Of a stretch of 64,000 nucleotides of DNA, positions 60,213-64,000 are shown piece by piece (position 1 is the stretch's first letter; every line of letters starts with the position of its first letter). The notes beneath the pieces were generated by a model that saw only the letters and a list, made by a program, of their open reading frames with translations, was not told the origin of the DNA and did no database searches. The stretch is from an uncultured SAR86 cluster bacterium (GTDB taxonomy: Bacteria > Pseudomonadota > Gammaproteobacteria > Magnimaribacterales > D2472): positions 28,795 to 92,794 of the forward strand of contig CABWYS010000001.1 in NCBI GenBank assembly GCA_902509555.1. The letters run 5' to 3'. A program made the translations under genes and the position numbers.

Positions 60213-60227
60213 TGTAAATTTGTTAAA

Positions 60228-61418
60228 TTACTTAATAATCTTCGCGACTACGCCAGCTCCGACGGTTCTTCCACCTTCTCTAATTGCAAATTTTAAACCT
60301 TCGTCCATAGCAATTGGAGCAATAAGAGTAACTGTCATCTTGATGTTATCTCCTGGCATAACCATTTCTACACCATCAGGTAATACACAGGCACCAGTAA
60401 CATCAGTAGTTCTAAAATAGAATTGCGGTCTATAATTACTAAAGAAAGGAGTGTGTCTTCCACCCTCTTCTTTGCTTAGTACATATATTTCTGCCTCAAA
60501 TTCTGTATGAGGGTTAATAGAACCCGGGGCACTTAATACCTGCCCTCTCTCTACTGCGTCTCTTTCAATACCTCTTAAAAGAACTCCGCAATTTTCACCA
60601 GCTCTTCCTTCATCAAGTGATTTTCTGAACATTTCAACGCCAGTACATGTGGTCGATGTTGTGTCTGAAATACCTACAATTTCTAATGGATCGCCAGTTT
60701 TAACAATTCCTTGCTCAATTCTTCCTGTAACAACAGTTCCTCTTCCTGAGATTGTAAATACATCTTCTACAGGCATTAGGAAAGGCTTATCAACTTCTCT
60801 TTCTGGTTCTGGTACAAATGTATCTAAAGCTTCTACAAGCTTAGTGACCGCATCAACACCAATTTCAGAAGTATCGCCTTCCAATGCTTTTAATGCACTA
60901 CCAGTAATGATAGGTGTATCGTCGCCTGGGAAATCATACTCATCAAGAAGTTCTCTAATTTCCATTTCTACAAGTTCTTGTAACTCAGCATCATCAACTT
61001 GATCAGCCTTATTAAGGAAAACTACAATTTTAGGAACACCGACCTGACGCGCTAATAAGATGTGTTCTCTTGTTTGAGGCATAGGACCGTCTGCAGCACT
61101 TACCACAAGGATAGCTCCATCCATCTGCGCAGCACCTGTAATCATATTTTTAACGTAATCAGCATGACCAGGACAATCTACGTGAGCGTAGTGTCTTGTT
61201 GTTGAAACATACTCAACATGTGACGTAGCAATGGTAATACCTCGCTCTCTTTCTTCTGGAGCGTTATCAATCCCATCAAATGCAACTGCCTCACCACCAT
61301 AAACTTCAGCACATACTTTAGTAAGCGCAGCAGTAAGAGTAGTTTTACCATGGTCAACGTGACCAATTGTTCCCACGTTTACGTGAGGTAACGTTCTTTC
61401 GTATTTTTCTCTAGCCAT
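60228..61418 (-). CDS. tuf: Elongation factor Tu
   Basis: [26 protein letters not shown]; tufB-type location after tRNAs. Confidence 0.99.
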   Translation of the reverse strand: MAREKYERTLPHVNVGTIGHVDHGKTTLTAALTKVCAEVYGGEAVAFDGIDNAPEERERGITIATSHVEYVSTTRHYAHVDCPGHADYVKNMITGAAQMDGAILVVSAADGPMPQTREHILLARQVGVPKIVVFLNKADQVDDAELQELVEMEIRELLDEYDFPGDDTPIITGSALKALEGDTSEIGVDAVTKLVEALDTFVPEPEREVDKPFLMPVEDVFTISGRGTVVTGRIEQGIVKTGDPLEIVGISDTTSTTCTGVEMFRKSLDEGRAGENCGVLLRGIERDAVERGQVLSAPGSINPHTEFEAEIYVLSKEEGGRHTPFFSNYRPQFYFRTTDVTGACVLPDGVEMVMPGDNIKMTVTLIAPIAMDEGLKFAIREGGRTVGAGVVAKIIK

Positions 61419-61466
61419 TTCTTGCCTCTCTTTTTATGAAATTAACTCTAAAATTTACCTATAAAA

Positions 61467-61541
61467 TGGAGCTCATAACCGGACTTGAACCGGTGACCTC
61501 TTACTTACCAAGCAAGTGCTCTACCGCTGAGCTATATGAGC
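61467..61541 (-). tRNA. thrT: tRNA-Thr(GGT)
   Basis: GCTCATATAGCTCAGCGGTAGAGCACTTGCTT-GGT-AAGTAAGAGGTCACCGGTTCAAGTCCGGTTATGAGCTCCA. Confidence 0.97.
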
Positions 61542-61573
61542 CCGAATTACAGTATCCAAATTTAAGGTGGCGT

Positions 61574-61602
61574 ATTATCCCCTTAAAAATTGATAAACTC
61601 AA
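61574..61602 (-). promoter_or_regulatory. Putative sigma70 promoter for tRNA-Thr-tuf
   Basis: TTGAGT-17 nt-GATAAT followed by GC-rich ACGCCACC. Confidence 0.6.
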
Positions 61603-61633
61603 CCTTTTTTGCAGTAAATATTCTATTAAAAAA

Positions 61634-61718
61634 TGGTGGAGGAGGCTGGATTCGAACCAACGTACTCGTAGAGAACAGATTTACAGTCTGCCGCCTTTAA
61701 CCACTCGGCCACTCCTCC
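61634..61718 (-). tRNA. tyrU: tRNA-Tyr(GTA)
   Basis: GGAGGAGTGGCCGAGTGGTTAAAGGCGGCAGACT-GTA-AATCTG...GGTTCGAATCCAGCCTCCTCCACCA; 85 nt with long variable arm. Confidence 0.97.
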
Positions 61719-61777
61719 ATTTCAAGGGTGCTATTTTTGTTCTAGAATGAGCTGAAGTCAACTAGATTATTCATAAC

Positions 61778-62524
61778 TTGCACAAATTAACACAAAAAGA
61801 AGTTTTTAAAGGGTTAAATCTAAGAAATATAGACTTTTATCTATTAGATACAGTTGATTCAACAAATACTTTTGCAAAAGAAAAGTTACTAAACAAAGAT
61901 TATCTTGTTGTGATCTCAGAACAGCAAACCGCAGGCAGAGGAAGACAAGGCAAAGAATGGTATAGCCCAGATGCAGGAAATATTTACATGACTATAAAAT
62001 TTATAGATAAGGATCCTGCTCCGCTTAGCCTTATTATTGGACTTTTAATCTCAGAGGCCATGGATTCAGTCTCAGGCCAAAAAATTAATGCAGGTCTTAA
62101 ATGGCCAAATGATTTATTGATCAATAAAAAGAAAATATGTGGAATTTTAATTGAATCTGAAATGAATTCAGATGACGTTGAATTCATAATTGGCATTGGA
62201 ATTAATTATTCCTTGCCAAAAAAAGAATCATGGTGGGGGGAAATTGGCGATATTGCAGATATTCTTCCGAGAGAAAAACTAATTAATAGCATTTTACGTG
62301 GAATTATTAATTATTCAGAGAATGGCTATAAAAATTGGAAGACTGCATGGGAAAAAAAGTGTATGCATATGGATCTAGAATTAAAAGCCGTATCAAATAA
62401 TAAAAGGGATTTCGAAATTGGTATTTTTAAAGGGATTAATGAGGAAGGTAAGATGCTTTTACAAACAGAAAGTGAACTGAAGTTAATCAGCTCAGGCGAA
62501 TGCTCTATTAAAGGGGTTTATTGA
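61778..62524 (+). CDS. birA: Biotin--protein ligase lacking the N-terminal DNA-binding domain
   Basis: DSTN, EQQTAGRGRQGKEW.SP, LKWPNDL, KICGILIE motifs. Confidence 0.95.
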   Translation: MHKLTQKEVFKGLNLRNIDFYLLDTVDSTNTFAKEKLLNKDYLVVISEQQTAGRGRQGKEWYSPDAGNIYMTIKFIDKDPAPLSLIIGLLISEAMDSVSGQKINAGLKWPNDLLINKKKICGILIESEMNSDDVEFIIGIGINYSLPKKESWWGEIGDIADILPREKLINSILRGIINYSENGYKNWKTAWEKKCMHMDLELKAVSNNKRDFEIGIFKGINEEGKMLLQTESELKLISSGECSIKGVY

Positions 62525-62528
62525 AAAT

Positions 62529-63083
62529 ATGATACATACATTTTTTAAAACAGAGATTACTCACAAACAATCAACTTCAATAAATTCAATAGTATTTGGT
62601 GCTGGTTGCTTTTGGGGAGTTGAAAGAAAATTTTGGTCATTGCCAGGAGTGATAATGACATCGGTTGGTTATGCAGGTGGTGATCATAATAATCCAACCT
62701 ATGAACTGGTTTGTGCAGGAGTTACAGCTCACGCTGAGGTTGTAAAGATTGACTATAATCCATCTCAGATTTCTTTGGTCGATTTGCTTAAAGTTTTTTG
62801 GGAATGTCATGATCCAACACAAGGAATGAGACAAGGAAATGATATCGGAACTCAATATAGGTCAGTATGTTACTGCGAAGAGATAGAAGAATTAAATGTA
62901 ATTAAGGCTAGTTTAGAAAAATATCAGGGCACTCTTTCAGCATCTAATTTAGGCTCAATTACTACTGAATTGAAAATGAACCAAGAATATTTTTTAGCGG
63001 AGGAATATCACCAGCAGTACTTAGACAAAAATCCAAATGGATATTGCGGGATAGGTGGCACAGGCTGCGAATTTAAAATATAA
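62529..63083 (+). CDS. msrA: Peptide-methionine (S)-S-oxide reductase
   Basis: GAGCFWGVE, HDPTQGMRQGNDIGTQYRS, AEEYHQQYL, GYCG. Confidence 0.98.
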   Translation: MIHTFFKTEITHKQSTSINSIVFGAGCFWGVERKFWSLPGVIMTSVGYAGGDHNNPTYELVCAGVTAHAEVVKIDYNPSQISLVDLLKVFWECHDPTQGMRQGNDIGTQYRSVCYCEEIEELNVIKASLEKYQGTLSASNLGSITTELKMNQEYFLAEEYHQQYLDKNPNGYCGIGGTGCEFKI

Positions 63084-63085
63084 AA

Positions 63086-63109
63086 AAATGGCCTCAAAAG
63101 AGTCCATTT
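63086..63109. terminator. Possible bidirectional terminator between msrA and the convergent gene
   Basis: AAATGGCCTC-AAAA-GAGTCCATTT, a 10-bp stem with one mismatch in an A/T-rich context. Confidence 0.45.
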
Positions 63110-63125
63110 AAGTTAGATCATAATA

Positions 63126-63857
63126 TTAGTCTGGATTGTATTGCTGCAAACTAATTTCCATATAAGATCTTTTAAACTTAGAGTACTTATTTGCTTGGGG
63201 CGAGAACTTAGCAAATTCATCTGAACCATACATGCCACTAAGAAATTTTAATGCGCCTTGAGGTGAACTAAAGCTTGCCCATATCTCATGGGTTATACCG
63301 TTTCCATTATTACCTAATAAATGAGACTGAAGACCATATGCATTTGCAGACCAATCATAGTTTTCAATGCTTTTAGAAAACTTAGCCCACAAAGGAACAA
63401 ATTTATCAGGGTTGGTTACCTCATGACTCCACCTAAGCGTGACAACATTTGAAGCTGTGTCCTCTGCAAGAACCACTCCAACTGAATGTACTGTTAGTGT
63501 GTCTGAAATTATCTCAGCACCAATATCATTCATGGCTTTTCTAAATTCTCTTCCGGCTTCTGAGGTTGTGTAGATTTGACCAGATTTTACATATTGATCT
63601 TCATCTAAAAAATACCAGCTTATGCCATGTGTTGAATCGTCCCAACCATTTTGATTAATTGCAAAAAAGTCTACTTCAAATTTTTCTGCAGCTACCTCTG
63701 GCGAGGACATATATTTATCAAAAGCTGCAAAGCATTTTTCTGGTTCTGGGCAGTTAAATAAAAAATTAGATTGATACATAGAAAAATTTTCTGGCAAATT
63801 ATTTGCGCTCATATCAAAGCTAAAAATCAGAGTGGAAAGTAAGAATAGTTTTTTCAT
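63126..63857 (-). CDS. Exported hypothetical protein with two tandem homologous domains
   Basis: Signal peptide MKKLFLLSTLIFSFDMSA, GGAG ribosome-binding site, internal repeat around TH.I...F. Confidence 0.8.
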   Translation of the reverse strand: MKKLFLLSTLIFSFDMSANNLPENFSMYQSNFLFNCPEPEKCFAAFDKYMSSPEVAAEKFEVDFFAINQNGWDDSTHGISWYFLDEDQYVKSGQIYTTSEAGREFRKAMNDIGAEIISDTLTVHSVGVVLAEDTASNVVTLRWSHEVTNPDKFVPLWAKFSKSIENYDWSANAYGLQSHLLGNNGNGITHEIWASFSSPQGALKFLSGMYGSDEFAKFSPQANKYSKFKRSYMEISLQQYNPD

Positions 63858-63975
63858 AGTTTTCTCCAGTGAATAAATAATGTTTTAACTATACATGTTT
63901 TATAAAAAAATATTTTGGCTGAATGGAGCAACTTCCAACATTGAAATTATTGATGTAAAATTCCGATCTTTCCAA

Positions 63976-64000
63976 GCCGGTATAGCTCAGTTGGTAGAGC
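63976..64000 (+). tRNA. 5' part of a tRNA, truncated by the window end (possibly tRNA-Thr; anticodon not visible)
   Basis: GCCGGTA-TA-GCTCAGTTGGTAGAGC is an acceptor strand plus D arm; TTCCAA-17 nt-TAAAAT lies upstream. Confidence 0.75.

Noticed and set aside
61436-61750. 104-aa ORF on the plus strand
   Set aside because: It is the antisense reading of tRNA-Thr and tRNA-Tyr

Overview
A low-GC, very gene-dense stretch of core genome from a streamlined gammaproteobacterium. Gene order and compaction suggest a marine SAR86-like lineage, but this is an inference and was not tested. In order, the window holds: the envelope and translation cluster lpxB'-lpxA-fabZ-lpxD-skp-bamA-rseP-dxr-cdsA-uppS-frr-pyrH-tsf-rpsB; dapB-dnaJ-dnaK-grpE-fur; bamE; ratB-ratA-NSS transporter-DUF3429; smpB and tmRNA; an exported S9 peptidase; rpsT; obgE-rpmA-rplU; ispB-fabA-fabB; csaA-crotonase-ssb; uvrA; a seamlessly fused S10-spc-alpha ribosomal operon; rpsL-rpsG-fusA with no tufA; rpoBC; rplKAJL; nusG-secE; tRNA-Trp; tuf; tRNA-Thr; tRNA-Tyr; birA; msrA; an unknown exported protein; and the start of a fourth tRNA. 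I found no mobile element, CRISPR array, defence system or clearly new multi-gene system. The best leads are small: (1) a structured RNA candidate in the rpsJ-rplC spacer, the only sizeable spacer in a 13-kb ribosomal operon; (2) a DxDGDG calcium-binding-like insert in BamA loop 6; (3) an exported protein built from two tandem homologous domains; (4) an NSS transporter lacking both gate arginines; (5) long charged tails on S2 and L15; (6) loss of tufA and tRNA-Gly from their usual positions.
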